A stretch of DNA of 63,897 nt, counting the filler, from Octopus bimaculoides (taxonomy: Eukaryota), in assembly GCF_001194135.2 (NCBI RefSeq). It is 7 parts of 6 records of this genome, joined end to end, with 100 filler letters (N's around TTAATTAATTAA, not from the genome) between each part and the next. Parts side by side here need not be neighbours in the genome. Positions count along the whole stretch, not along the records: positions 1 to 6,429 come from NC_069007.1; positions 6,530 to 22,357 come from NC_069008.1; 5 more parts are not named here. One strand, given 5' to 3'. Of this stretch, positions 1-12,000 are shown one piece after another. The notes under the pieces are model-generated. The model was not told the DNA's origin. It made no database searches and worked only from the letters and a program-made list of their open reading frames with translations. The translations under genes were made by a program, and so were the position numbers. Within the stretch, counting starts at the first letter, position 1; every line of letters begins with the position of its first letter.

Positions 1-329
1 TCTGTTTTTTATGTTTTATTTATATTCCTGCAGAACCAATGTGGGGTATAGAATATGGAATATACAATATATAATATAATATACAATATATAATATAAAA
101 TAAAATAAAAATGGATGGCACCATGAAAGAAAGTATTGAATGTAGATGAAATATTGAGTGTTCAATATAAAGGATCAAATATATAAATATAAATATATAA
201 AAGCGACTCGAGTTTCAGGGTTATTTCCCTTCGTCATGGCCGGTATGACAGACTTTAACAGACATATACATACATACATACATACATACATACATACATA
301 CATACAAATCATCATGGTTTATGTGCAGG

Positions 330-1150
330 TTTATAAGCGGTAAAAAGCTATTTTTTGTGTTACACCATCGCAGGGTAGCGGTGCTGGAGTGTCCTCTCCA
401 GGGTGCAAATTTGGGTATGGTTCGTATGGGGGACCAGCAGTTGCGAATACAACAGATCTCCTCTCTCCATGCCACTGAGGTTGTGCAAGGAAAAGGTAAG
501 GAAGAGGACAATTTGGTATCGGTGTTGTCGCAAAAACTATCAGAACAATATTGGGAAACAATGTTGGCTTGTCTCAAGGAATTCGGCTCCGGATTTTCCC
601 TCACAGTTTCTTCCCGGAGCCTTTGCAATGGGTGAGCATTGCTACAAAATACCAGAGGTTTGAAGTCAGACATTGTATTCTCCTAAATAAACTACCTTGT
701 CTAGCTGACGAGTTTCATCTACTCGAAGCACTGGTTTTAAGGCGCCAGCACTTACCCGTCTTCGCCCTTTCTTCTCTCAGTACAAACAATTACGGCGGAC
801 TTAGAAGCTAAGTCACTTGAGAAGGCCGGATGGTGGACTAAGCTATCGTAGGTTGTCGGAGACGCTTGCCTCGGGATGCATTTCTTCACAGTGGGAGCTT
901 CACCACTCACATTCGTCGGTTTAACTATCTTTGGTAACTTTACTATCGTTAACTGCGAGCTGGAGGCAGTCCACGACTTCACACACAGCTCAATCATGAC
1001 GGACAGCCTCGCACCACAGTCAGAGCTCAACAGACGTATAGAACGAGCAGCGTCGACACTGGCTAGATTTGACACCAAGTCTGGGAGAACAGTAAGCAAA
1101 GAATACACGCCAAAGTTGCAGTCAACAAGGCTGAGTAGTAATGGGAAGCA
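330..1150 (+). mobile_element. Internally deleted, decayed RTE-clade LINE
   Basis: 950-1100 translates ELEAVHDFT..S.MTDSL..SELNRRIERAASTLAR, matching the RTE post-RT region. Assigning the upstream GC-richer 330-900 to an RTE 5' UTR is less certain. Confidence 0.55.
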
Positions 1151-1188
1151 ATGAAATCGATGAGGTAAAGGGGTACATCTATTCAGGG

Positions 1189-1573
1189 CTGTTGTTGGCA
1201 CTCCGTCGCTTACGACGTCGAGGGTTCCAGTTGATCCGATCAACGGAACAGCCTGCTCGTGAAATTAACGTGCAAGTGGCTGAGCACTCCACAGACACGT
1301 GTACCCTTAACGTAGTTCTCGGGGATATTCAGCGTGACACAGTGTGACAAGGCTGGCCCCTTTGAATTACAGGCACAACAGAAACAGGAAGAAAGAGTGA
1401 GAGAAAGTTGCGGTGAAAGAGTACAGCAGGTTTCACCCCCCACCTGCCGGAGCCTCGTGGAGCTTTAGGTGTTTTTGCCCAATAAACACTCACAACGCCC
1501 GGTCTGGGAATCGAAACCGCGCTCCTACGACCGCGAGTCCGCTGTCCTAACCACTGGGCCATTGCGCCTCCAC
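1189..1573 (-). mobile_element. tRNA-derived SINE family A
   Basis: Head GGAGGCGCAATGGCCCAGTGG...GGTTTCGATTCC (A and B boxes), (AAC)n tail; near-identical copies at 8345 and 19292. Confidence 0.9.
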
Positions 1574-3289
1574 TCATACATACATACATACATACATATG
1601 TACATACACTGGTGAATTGGTTCAAGGGAGGTAACGCAAACACCCTTGTCGGAATTAAAGGGAGATAATAAAGTATAATTGATTGTCAAGGCACAAAATT
1701 TTTGCAATTGAAGAAATAACCAAATACTGAACGAATATTGATCGATTGTATATCGATGACTATTCATTACTGATATTTATTTTATCAAGCCTTGGAAAGA
1801 TGAAAGACAAAGACAGCATTGGAGAGGTTTAAACTGAGAAAAAGTGAACCACTAGCTGGTCCAATGGAACCTTTGACAGTTTTGTCTGCGAAGCACTGAT
1901 ACGAAAAAAGTAAGAATTCCTGAAGTGTCTGATCGGATCTTTTCGGTGCCAAACACAGATTTGGAAATTTTGAAATCAAGTGAAAATCCCCAAAATTTGG
2001 TCAAACGATGTAATTTTTCACGGTGAATCTGAAATTGGGATTCATTTATTCACAGGGAAAAAAAATTTAGAAAAATGTTACGGAGGTTCGTTATTAGATA
2101 ATCTTTGGCCAATTTCAAAACAGGAATCGGGAATGGCGTGCTTTCTGCGTGAGGTGATAGCTGTCTGATAGCAACAAAATGAAAGCACAGCAGAACGAAA
2201 AGTTGTAAGAACTTTTAAAGTCACGTGAAACGAACTGTCGAACAGCCATGTTGAAAATAAACTGAAAATGGCAAAATCTTCAACGAAATTATTTTGCGAG
2301 AATTTACCAAAAACAATAATAAAAATCCTCGATACACTGTAAAAGCTTACGTAAACAATATGAAAATTCAAAAACGAAAGTATGAGATAAGGTCTCGGAG
2401 CTTATTGAATAAAAGACAATTTTCTTATTTCCAGCACCACATAAACTCGCAGAGATACGAGTCGACCATCGAAAAGTAGATTCCACAGCGTCATTTTGCG
2501 TGTAACTATAGCAACTGGCACCAATGTTGGGATCTGTGTGTATAATGGTGGCTTTCGGTTGGCTAAAATTACCCAAAATTTGCAAACTTTAAAAGCTGTT
2601 AACCTTTTTGTTTATTAACTGGTATACCTGTATCGTCAAAATTGCTCACAGTTTTATTAATAATAGAAAATGGCGCATCAACAGAATGGGAGCAATCTAG
2701 TAAATAGATGTATATACAGAGAATTTGAAGAACTTCAAGAATCAGATATGGTACTAACGTCTTGGTTGAAGATATCAACTGCAAAATGCATGTGCAGACG
2801 CGAGCGTGCACACACACGCATACACACTCACACACACACTCACTTATGCATATATATATGTGTATATATATGTATGTGTATGTGTGTGTATACACACACA
2901 CACACACACAAGCACGCACACACACGCACACACACACACACAAGCATGCACACACACGCACACACATATATATATATATATATATACATATAAAATAAGC
3001 TGAAAAAGGAGAAAACTTTTGATCAACAAACAAATTGACTACCAACGGTTATTATTTGTTAAATACAAAACTTTGACATGGCTAACAGCTGTTTCTGCTA
3101 CATTTGTCAGTCAGTGTTGCTAAATAAAAAAAAAATTATGAGCATAATATTCGTCATCTTTTATACCACATCCGATCTGGCACATGGAGCTTCATCAGAG
3201 TGAAGACAAATACATAAAATAAAAGAAGAGAAGAGGGAAGAGGAAAGAACAAGGCCTCGAGATGAGGAAAGACGGCTTATATATATATA

Positions 3290-3614
3290 TAACGGCGCCA
3301 TGCTAATGCACTGCCATTTTGCTACACTGTTATTACTGAGAGCCTCCTCTAACATGTGTCACTTGGTGACGAATAGAGTTTGATGTAGCTACACTCATTT
3401 GCACCTCTTGCCGTGAGGTAGGTTCATCTGGGACTCTCGACAGGAAGAGGTGCAGCCTTGATTTAGAAATGCCTACATCTACTTTGTGCAGGTTCCGCAG
3501 GCTCTTTGGGAGAATACTAAAAAACTGTGGGCCCCTGAAACCCAGGCTGTTGCAGTAACTGGTCCTGAAGCACGATGGTATTGCTGGGATCTTTGGCATT
3601 GTGCTGTGTCGACC

Positions 3615-3615
<1 letters not shown>
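3290..3615 (-). mobile_element. CR1-type LINE 3' fragment
   Basis: NSLGFRGPQFFSILPKSLRNLHKVDV...LFLSRVPDEP matches the CR1-group ORF2 C-terminus. Confidence 0.75.
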
Positions 3616-3647
<32 letters not shown>

Positions 3648-3650
3648 ATA

Positions 3651-3890
3651 GTTGGCGTTAGGAACGGCATCCTGCTGTGGAAACCAAGCCAAAACAGACT
3701 GGAACCGGGTGCAGCTCTCCAGCTTACCAGCTCTGGTCAAACGGTCTAACCCATGCCAGCATAGGTTGGACGATTTGACTGAAGACTGGTGAAACCAGAT
3801 GGCTACACCAGGCTCCAATCTGATTTGGCAGAGTTTCTACAGCTGGATGCCCTTCCTAACGCCAACCACTCCGAGAGTGTAGTGGGTGCT
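3651..3890. mobile_element. Two family C repeats fused tail-to-tail
   Basis: Plus-strand copy 3651-3757 and minus-strand copy 3758-3890, joined at AACCCATGCCAGCATAGGTT. Confidence 0.8.
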
Positions 3891-3939
3891 AATCTAGTTT
3901 TATATTTTTCAATGTAAATAATGTATATGTATATTGTTT

Positions 3940-3985
<46 letters not shown>

Positions 3986-4236
3986 TTGATGTATATATAT
4001 GTGTATGTGTGTGTGTGCATTGATATATTTATGTATATGTGTGTATATGTGTGCATTGAAAAAATATATGTATATATATGTATATATGTAAGCGTGAGTG
4101 GTAGATAGAATCTAAAACAATAAATTGTTTTATGTTGGTATTATTTTGGTTTTGATGTATGTAGAGAATTTATTTTTCTATGTCTGTATAGAGTTGGTTT
4201 TGTTTTTCAATCTGTTTATATGTATCGATATATATA

Positions 4237-4363
4237 CAGGGTGTCCACAAGGTCTGGATACATGGAGTAAATAAAATCATAACATAAACAATTGAATATA
4301 AGAAATAATAATTTCTTAAAGTATGTGTTGATCCCCATGTACCCAGACTTTGTGGACACCCTG
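4237..4363. mobile_element. 127-bp Tc1/mariner-type MITE
   Basis: 29-bp TIRs CAGGGTGTCCACAA(G/A)GTCTGG(A/G)TACATGG with 2 mismatches, TA on both sides. Confidence 0.9.
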
Positions 4364-4398
4364 TATTTATGTAAGTGAATGGATAATGGGGTATATAT

Positions 4399-4614
4399 AC
4401 TCTTTACTCTCTTTTAGTCTTTTACTTGTTTCAATCATTTGACTGTGGCCATGCTGGAGCACCACCTTTAGTCGAGCCAATCGACCCCAGGACTTATTCT
4501 TTGTAAGCCTAGTATTTATTCTATCGGTCTCTTTTACCAAACCGCTAAGTTACGGGGACGTAAACACACCAGCATCGGTTGTCAAGCAATGTTGGGGGAC
4601 AAACAGACACACAA

Positions 4615-4651
<37 letters not shown>

Positions 4652-4770
4652 CGACAGGCTTCTTTCAGTTTCCATCTACTAAATCCACTCACAAGGCTTT
4701 GGTCGGCCCGAGGCTATAATAGAAGACACTTGCCCAAGGTGCCACGCAGTGGGACTGAACTCGGAACCAT
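4399..4770 (-). mobile_element. tRNA-derived SINE family B (CORE-like), slightly 5'-truncated
   Basis: GGTTCAGTCCC B box, CORE-like CCTTGGGCAAGT, internal (TA)n, (AAAAGAGT)-like tail. Confidence 0.88.
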
Positions 4771-4789
4771 CTCCCTCAATACGTTACAC

Positions 4790-5175
4790 CCTTGATTGTT
4801 AGGGTGAGGGATTCTTGTTTTGCAACTTACTTGGTAACCTCACAAGTTCTCGTGCCACACGGAAAAGAACCCCGACCCCTCTGTAAAGTGCGTGGCATCA
4901 GGAGGGGTGTCCAGTCATAAAAGCCTCACTAGTGCTGGCACCACATAAATAGCAACCAGGATGCTCTGTAAAGGGGCTGGCATTAGGAAGGGTAGGCAGC
5001 CAGAGAAACCATACCCAAAACTGACGTTTGAGCTTCATGAAGTCCTCCTCTTGTCAAAAACCGTCCAACCCATACCAGCACACAGAACGGACGTTAAAGG
5101 AATAGCTAAATGACGATGACGACGACGGTGGTGGTGGTGGTGATGATGACATTGATGATGATGACGATGATGACA
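4790..5175 (+). mobile_element. Old family C repeat with an internal ~85-bp duplication
   Basis: Ends CCAACCCATACCAGCA...GGACGTTAAA followed by (GAT/GAC)n. Confidence 0.6.
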
Positions 5176-5529
5176 ACGATGCCGAGTATCTCAAATGCTG
5201 GAGACTGGATTCCTATTAAATGTTACTTTAGAGTCATCAGTCAAAGGACAAAAGTAGCAACTTATAAACTGAAAAGATAAACATATTTTAAATATTCATA
5301 CATATGTGTGTGTGTGTATCTATATATGTATATATATATATATGTATGTATATGTGTGTATATATATATATGTGTGTGTGTGTGTATATATATATATATG
5401 TATATGTATATATACGTATATAAAATCGGACAAGGATAAATCAAAACGTCAATTTACACTGATAAGATTAAATATATCTGTTTTGATAAAACTGTCTTGA
5501 ATAATAAGTACACGCGGGTGTGTTTGCAA

Positions 5530-5574
<45 letters not shown>

Positions 5575-5741
5575 AGAGAACACACACAAGATCACTATCT
5601 ATCTGTCTATCTACCTGTCTTTTAGTCTATCTATCTATCTCCCTCTCTTTCTCTCTATCTATCTATCTATCTATCTATCTCCCCCTCTCTCTCTATCTAT
5701 CTATCCATCCATCTACCTGCCTATCTCTCAATTTATCTATG

Positions 5742-5777
<36 letters not shown>

Positions 5778-6320
5778 CCCTCTCTGTCACTCTTTCCCTC
5801 TCTGTCTCTCTATTAATATATATATATATATATATATATGTGTATGTATATGCATGCACGTGCGTGTGTGTGTGTGTGTATGCATGTATCTGAATTTCTC
5901 TACGCTTTCATTTTTATGCACTCTTAAAAGTGACCTGGCAATGTGGCAGCAGCAGTAGCAGCAGTAGCAGCAGTTGTAGTAATAGTTTGTGAAATGGTTG
6001 TGGTGGTGGTGGTGATGGTGGTGGTGGTGGTGGTAGTTATGATGTCACTTGTGGGTGTGGTGATGATAATCCTGCCCTGTTGCTGCTGGAGGTGGGGGGG
6101 GATTTACTAAATGGGGATATCTACTGTGGTGGTGGTGGTGGTGGTGAGATAGGATGAATGTAATCTGACTAGTTGTTGCTGTTGTTGTTTTCAATACAGG
6201 TTTGGTGGTGACAGTGGTGGTGACAGTGGTGGTATATATGTATATACATATTTATATATATGTGTGTATATGTATATATATATATATACACATATATATG
6301 CATATATATAGACACAAGCA

Positions 6321-6351
<31 letters not shown>

Positions 6352-6429
6352 GTTTAACGTCCGCTTTCCATGCTAGCATGGGTTGGACGATTTGACTGAG
6401 GACTGGTGAAACCGGATGGCAACACCAGG
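6321..6429 (-). mobile_element. Family C repeat, 3' end
   Basis: (CAT)n-CGTTTAACGTCCGCTTTCCATGCTAGCATGG. Confidence 0.85.
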
Positions 6430-6653
6430 NNNNNNNNNNNNNNNNNNNNNNNNNNNNNNNNNNNNNNNNNNNNTTAATTAATTAANNNNNNNNNNNNNNN
6501 NNNNNNNNNNNNNNNNNNNNNNNNNNNNNACCACTGATGAGGTCACAGAAATAAGATTAAGATTAATGTAATATAAAGCTGAAGCAAATTAACACCAAAT
6601 ATACAGTGCGTGTGTTTTTATTGGCTAAACTGGCAATATGACCATCCACAAGT

Positions 6654-6698
<45 letters not shown>

Positions 6699-7344
6699 AT
6701 GGGCTTCTTTCAGTTTCTGTCTATCTGTATGTATGTATGTATGTATGTATTTATGAGCCAGTGCTTGAGACCTCTACAAGGTAGCTATAAGATATAGCTA
6801 CCACTCTAGTCTTCTCCGTCTACCCATCTAAATTACAGGTTAAGCATGAATCTTCTCTGTGAGCAATAAACTTGTCCCTGCTTCTCCCCATCATATTTTG
6901 ACCCCTCAGCACATTACTTAAAGTGTTCAGCCTATCTCCCTCCCGTCTTCTCAGCTGAGGTTATTGTTAGTCTTGCCAGTGACATAGTGACTACATTAGC
7001 ACCGGTACCGACCACACACACACAAAAAAAAAAAATGCAATTAGTATAAGTGGTTCACATTAGGAAGAGCATACATCTGCAGAACCCATGCCTGAACTGT
7101 GATGCTGGTGCAAGACATGGTCTTGCAACCCAATTGGATCCTGTCAAAGCCCGAAGCCCATGGGAAGATGTTGCTAACTGGTGATGATGATGATGATGAT
7201 GATGGTCTTGTGGATTATGGTGGTGGCATGGTTGTTGATGATAATGATGATGATGATGGTAGCGATGATGTCACCAACACCACTAGTGTCGCTGCTGCTG
7301 CTACTGCTGCCACTGCTGCTATTGCCCCTGCTGCTGCTGTCCCC

Positions 7345-7730
7345 ATAGAGGGGACAAACAAGGACAGACAAAGGGATTAAGTCGATTACATCGACCCCAG
7401 TGCATAACTGGTACTTATTTAATCGACCCCCGAAAGGATGAAAGGCAAAGTCGACCTCGGCGGAATTTGAACTCGGAACGTAACGGCAGACAAAATACCT
7501 ATTTCTTTATTGCCCACAAGGGGCTAAACATAGAGGGGACAAACAAGGACAGACAAAGGGATTAAGTCAATTACATCGACCCCAGTGCGTAACTGGTACT
7601 TAATTTATTGACCTCGAAAGGATGAAAGGCAAAGTCGACCTCGGCAGAATTTGAACTCAGAACATAACGGCAGACGAAATACCGCAAAGCATTTCGTCCG
7701 GCGTGCTAACGTTTCTGCCAGCTCGCCGCC
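7345..7730 (-). mobile_element. tRNA-derived SINE family D, tandem dimer
   Basis: Head GGCGGCGAGCTGGCAGAA, B box GAGTTCAAATTC; body repeated with a 185-bp period (7345 and 7530). Confidence 0.85.
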
Positions 7731-7948
7731 TGTTGTTACCGCCACCGATGACGATGATGACGACAGTGGTAGTAATGAGGATGATAGATCGATAAATAAG
7801 GAAGACAGACTAACAAAGTGACAGGTAGATGTGCAAACAAGTAGGCAGGTAAGTAGATAGATGGATAGACTGGTCAGAAAATAGACAAGTGGACAGTTAG
7901 ATAGACTGGTAGACAGTAGACAGGTAAACAGATAGAACAATGCATTAC

Positions 7949-8039
7949 CTCCTCCCCACAAGGCATCAAAATTCCTGTTCAAGTCTGTACCGGTGCAACG
8001 ACGTGTATGTGGTCTCATATTCTTTCGCCACATTCTATC
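7949..8039 (-). CDS. Carboxypeptidase exon 8 (DRMWRKNMR...CTGTDLNRNF)
   Basis: Acceptor ATTTTCAG, donor GAG|GTAATG, 91 nt, phase 0 to 1; R127, N144 and R145 equivalents present. Confidence 0.96.
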
Positions 8040-9053
8040 CTGAAAATATATATGTAACGAGAGCTTTTTTTTTTCTTTTTTATATGATACATGTATAATA
8101 CAAAAAAAAAACACATTAAAATACAAATCCAAAACCAAAAAAAAAAGTGTAAACATTAGTAAAGAAAGAATAAAAATGGAAAAAAAGAGGTAAAAGAGGA
8201 AGAGAGAAAGAAAGAAAAAGTAACAACAATAATTCAACACCAATTGCCTCAACTGGCCACACACCACAAAGTTATAGGTTATGTGTATACACAAGGGAAA
8301 TGTATGTATGCAAATTTGCTTTATTGTTGTGTATTTACATTAAGTGGTGGCACTCTGTCGGTTACGACGTCGAGGGTTCCAGTTGGTCCGATCAACGGAA
8401 CAGCCTGCTCGTGAAATTAACATGCAAGTGGCTGAGCACTCCACAGACACGTGTACCGTTAACGTAGTTCTCGGGGATATTCAGCGTGACTCAGTGTGAC
8501 AAGGCTGACCCCTTTGAATTACAGGCACAACAGAAACAGGAAGTAAGAGCGAGAGAAAGTTGTGGTGAAAGAGTACAGCAGGGTTCGCCACCATCCCCTG
8601 CCGGAGCCTCGTGGAGCTTTAGGTGTTTTCGCTCAATAAACACTCACAACACCCGGTCTGGAAATCGAAACCGCGATCCTATGACCGCGAGTCCGCTGCC
8701 CTAGCCACTGGGCCATTGCGCCTCCACTCTTACATTAAGTATGGGTGAAGGAGTAGTAGTTGTAGTAGTAGAAACTGACATAACATGTGATGAAGGGGGT
8801 ATACCTCTGTATGTGTCATATGATAGCCATCAGGGTTTGTGACAGGAACGAACAACCAATCATAACTCTCCAACAATTCCGTGACCTCCCTATTGACGTT
8901 CCGTCTAGTTGCAAACTGTTAAAAGATATGAAGAGACAATAGATATACAATATAAATATATATATGGTGGTTGTTTGACCACCTCCTGTACCTACACCTT
9001 AGCCCTTTCATGGCATCTAATGTGACTTTTTAAACCAGACAATGTTTTGAAAA

Positions 9054-9084
<31 letters not shown>

Positions 9085-12000
9085 GGGAGAATGTACGAAA
9101 AAACAACAACAGACGAGGACAGGTGGTGTAAATAACAAAAGGATGTATTAGTATGATGCTCAGGAATACGGAAAGTCTTTGACGTTTCGAGCTACGCTCT
9201 TCAACAGAAAGAATACGGAGACAAGGAGAAAATCACGGAGAAAAAAATTGAATAGTGTTCAGTCAACGGTCAATATATACACAGGGTGCATAAGGTATAT
9301 GAAGACTTACCTTTTTTGGGGGGTCATTGCTACCTTTTTTTCCTAACTCTATATAGTCTTTGTTTCAGAAAATAATAATGGCAGACCCTCATCTTACTCA
9401 AGAAATGAAGAGGTATGCTGTTATTGTGGTTATAAAGGCTGAGCATAGCGATTTAGAGATATCTCGATTTTTAAAAGATGCCAGATCTTTTCTCTACAAA
9501 GTTTGTAAGGAGTTGGAGATTGAAGATGGAAACGTATCACCAGTATCAAAGCATAAAAAACATTCTAAATGCTCTGAAATCATCAGAACACCTGAATTTA
9601 TCCAGCAACTTCAACAGACCATTGATTACAATCCCAGAAAGTCCATGAGGTCAACTACAAAAGATCTCCATGTGTCAGAAGGAACAGTCAGAAATGTTGT
9701 CCACGAAGACATAGATGAATTGTTTCGATTGTTGCATGAAAAGTGGGCAGAAATTCTCCAAAAGACAATCACAAAGGTCATCAGTTCAATTCCCAAAAGA
9801 GTTTCTGAATTAAAAACTGTAAAGGGAATGTCAACTAAATGCTAAAGTATGTAGTCCTACCTATCGATTACATTTCAATTGTTCACTTTGCGTATTAGCT
9901 AAAAGATTTTGAAAATTAAAGGTGTCTATTTACTTCCTGCATGTCTGTGTATATGACTGACTAAAAATCCACGAAGAAAACGTCCCCAAATTGTTGTAGA
10001 CCAATATCTGAAGCAAAGGACAAGAAAAATTCAAAGAGGTATATCTTACGCTTTCAATGACTTTCAGGGTGGATGCAATTGCGATCCATTCACGGCTGTG
10101 CATTCCTGCTTCAACAATGATTGTCTGCCTTCCTGGGCCAACAGAAAACTGTTTGAAATTGAAAATACAGATTAGGAAAGGTTTTCAGCAGGGCAGACTG
10201 GGTTACATTCTTTGGAGCTGTGGTGTAGGTGCTGCAGTTTGGTGGTAATGTGGAAGATGTGGTTTGGTGTCGTGTTGCAGTATAGTATGGTGATACGGTG
10301 GTATACTGTGCTGCAGTGTAGAAGAACTGTTATAGTATTTTATTAATGCATAACAACACACAAAAAAAAATAATGTTTTTTATAGTTCCTATGACAAAAA
10401 GAAAAAGAACTACAGAACTGTGCATTTTCTATGAGCTTTCATTGTTGCATGAACATAGGTGCAGGAGTGGCTGTGTGGTAAGTAGCTTGCTTACCAACCA
10501 CATGGTTCTGGGTTCAGTCCCACCGCGTGGCACCTTGGGCAAGTGTCTTCTACTATAGCCAAGGGTTGACCAAAGCCTTGTGAGTGGATTTGGTAGACGG
10601 AAACTGAAAGAAGCCTGTCGTATATATGTATGTGTGTGTGTATATGTTTGTGTGTGTATATGTTTGTGTGTCTGTGTTTGTCCCTCCACCATCACTTGAC
10701 AACTGATGCTGGTGTGTTTACGTCCCCGTAACTTAGCAGTTTGGCAAAAAAGAAACCAATAGAATAAGTACTAGGCTTACAAAGAATAAGTCCTGGGGTC
10801 GATTTGCTCAACTAAANNNNNNNNNNNNNNNNNNNNNNNNNNNNNNNNNNNNNNNNNNNNNNNNNNNNNNNNNNNNNNNNNNNNNNNNNNNNNNNNNNNN
10901 NNNNNNNNNNNNNNNNNNNNNNNNNNNNNNNNNNNNNNNNNNNNNNNNNNNNNNNNNNNNNNNNNNNNNNNNNNNNNNNNNNNNNNNNNNNNNNNNNNNN
11001 NNNNNNNNNNNNNNNNNNNNNNNNNNNNNNNNNNNNNNNNNNNNNNNNNNNNNNNNNNNNNNNNNNNNNNNNNNNNNNNNNNNNNNNNNNNNNNNNNNNN
11101 NNNNNNNNNNNNNNNNNNNNNNNNNNNNNNNNNNNNNNNNNNNNNNNNNNNNNNNNNNNNNNNNNNNNNNNNNNNNNNNNNNNNNNNNNNNNNNNNNNNN
11201 NNNNNNNNNNNNNNNNNNNNNNNNNNNNNNNNNNNNNNNNNNNNNNNNNNNNNNNNNNNNNNNNNNNNNNNNNNNNNNNNNNNNNNNNNNNNNNNNNNNN
11301 NNNNNNNNNNNNNNNNNNNNNNNNNNNNNNNNNNNNNNNNNNNNNNNNNNNATGTGTGAGTGTGTGTGTATGTACAAATATGTAAATATATATGCATGTT
11401 TGTACATATGTATACATTTATATATATGTAAGATCCTGTATTGCCTATTGTAGTAATGTTCTACATAGATTGAAACTTGATTTGGCAGAGTTCAAAAGTT
11501 ATGTATGTCAAATAAATAGCCACTGTGTCATTGGTAATGTTGATAAAATTATTAGTGATCAAATTTGTAAGCCTCTGTTTAGTGGGTTAATCCACTACTC
11601 AGGAAGAACTATTCTAAGAGTACATCACTGCCTTATCTTCGAAACGCCTAGTTTAGAATAGAGGCAGCTGATGAAGGAATAATTCCATAAGTGACTCGTC
11701 TGTTTTCCTATGTGTTCATTCTGTTGTCTGTAAACAAAGTCCATTTTTGTTTTTTATGTCCCCGTTCACTTTTCTGACGTCCTGTACCTGGATATGCATC
11801 TATATATACATGCAAATCATGCTGTGATAGGGGTTAGCATCCACATATTATTGAAAGAAAGAAGACAGTACTGTTATTTGAAGGAAAAACTAGACTTACC
11901 TTGATGGCGTAGAGGTTTCGGTGTTCATAGGATTTTCCATAATGCTTCAAACTCACATGAGAATATTGCTCCGCATAACCCTTGATCAGTTCAACAATCT

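Noticed and set aside
374-495. Plus-strand exon-like segment (CGCAG|...AAG|GTAAGG)
   Set aside because: No recognisable protein, no partner exons, and it lies in GC-richer sequence contiguous with an RTE fragment.
1785-3200. Possible carboxypeptidase exon 9 candidates (GSIGPASGSLF at about 1850, LLPF at about 2690, CLHS at about 3200)
   Set aside because: They lack compatible splice sites or phase, or contain stops; none gives the expected SxxPCxxxYxG motif.
6474-6485. TTAATTAATTAA flanked by N runs (also at 22402, 29648, 51173, 56869, 60988)
   Set aside because: Identical six-frame-stop spacer inserted by the scaffolding pipeline; not biological.
8016-8018. Met in WRKNMR, at first read as loss of catalytic Arg127
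   Set aside because: Counting back from C138, N144 and R145 shows the Arg of WRK is R127 and is intact; the Met replaces the non-catalytic R130.
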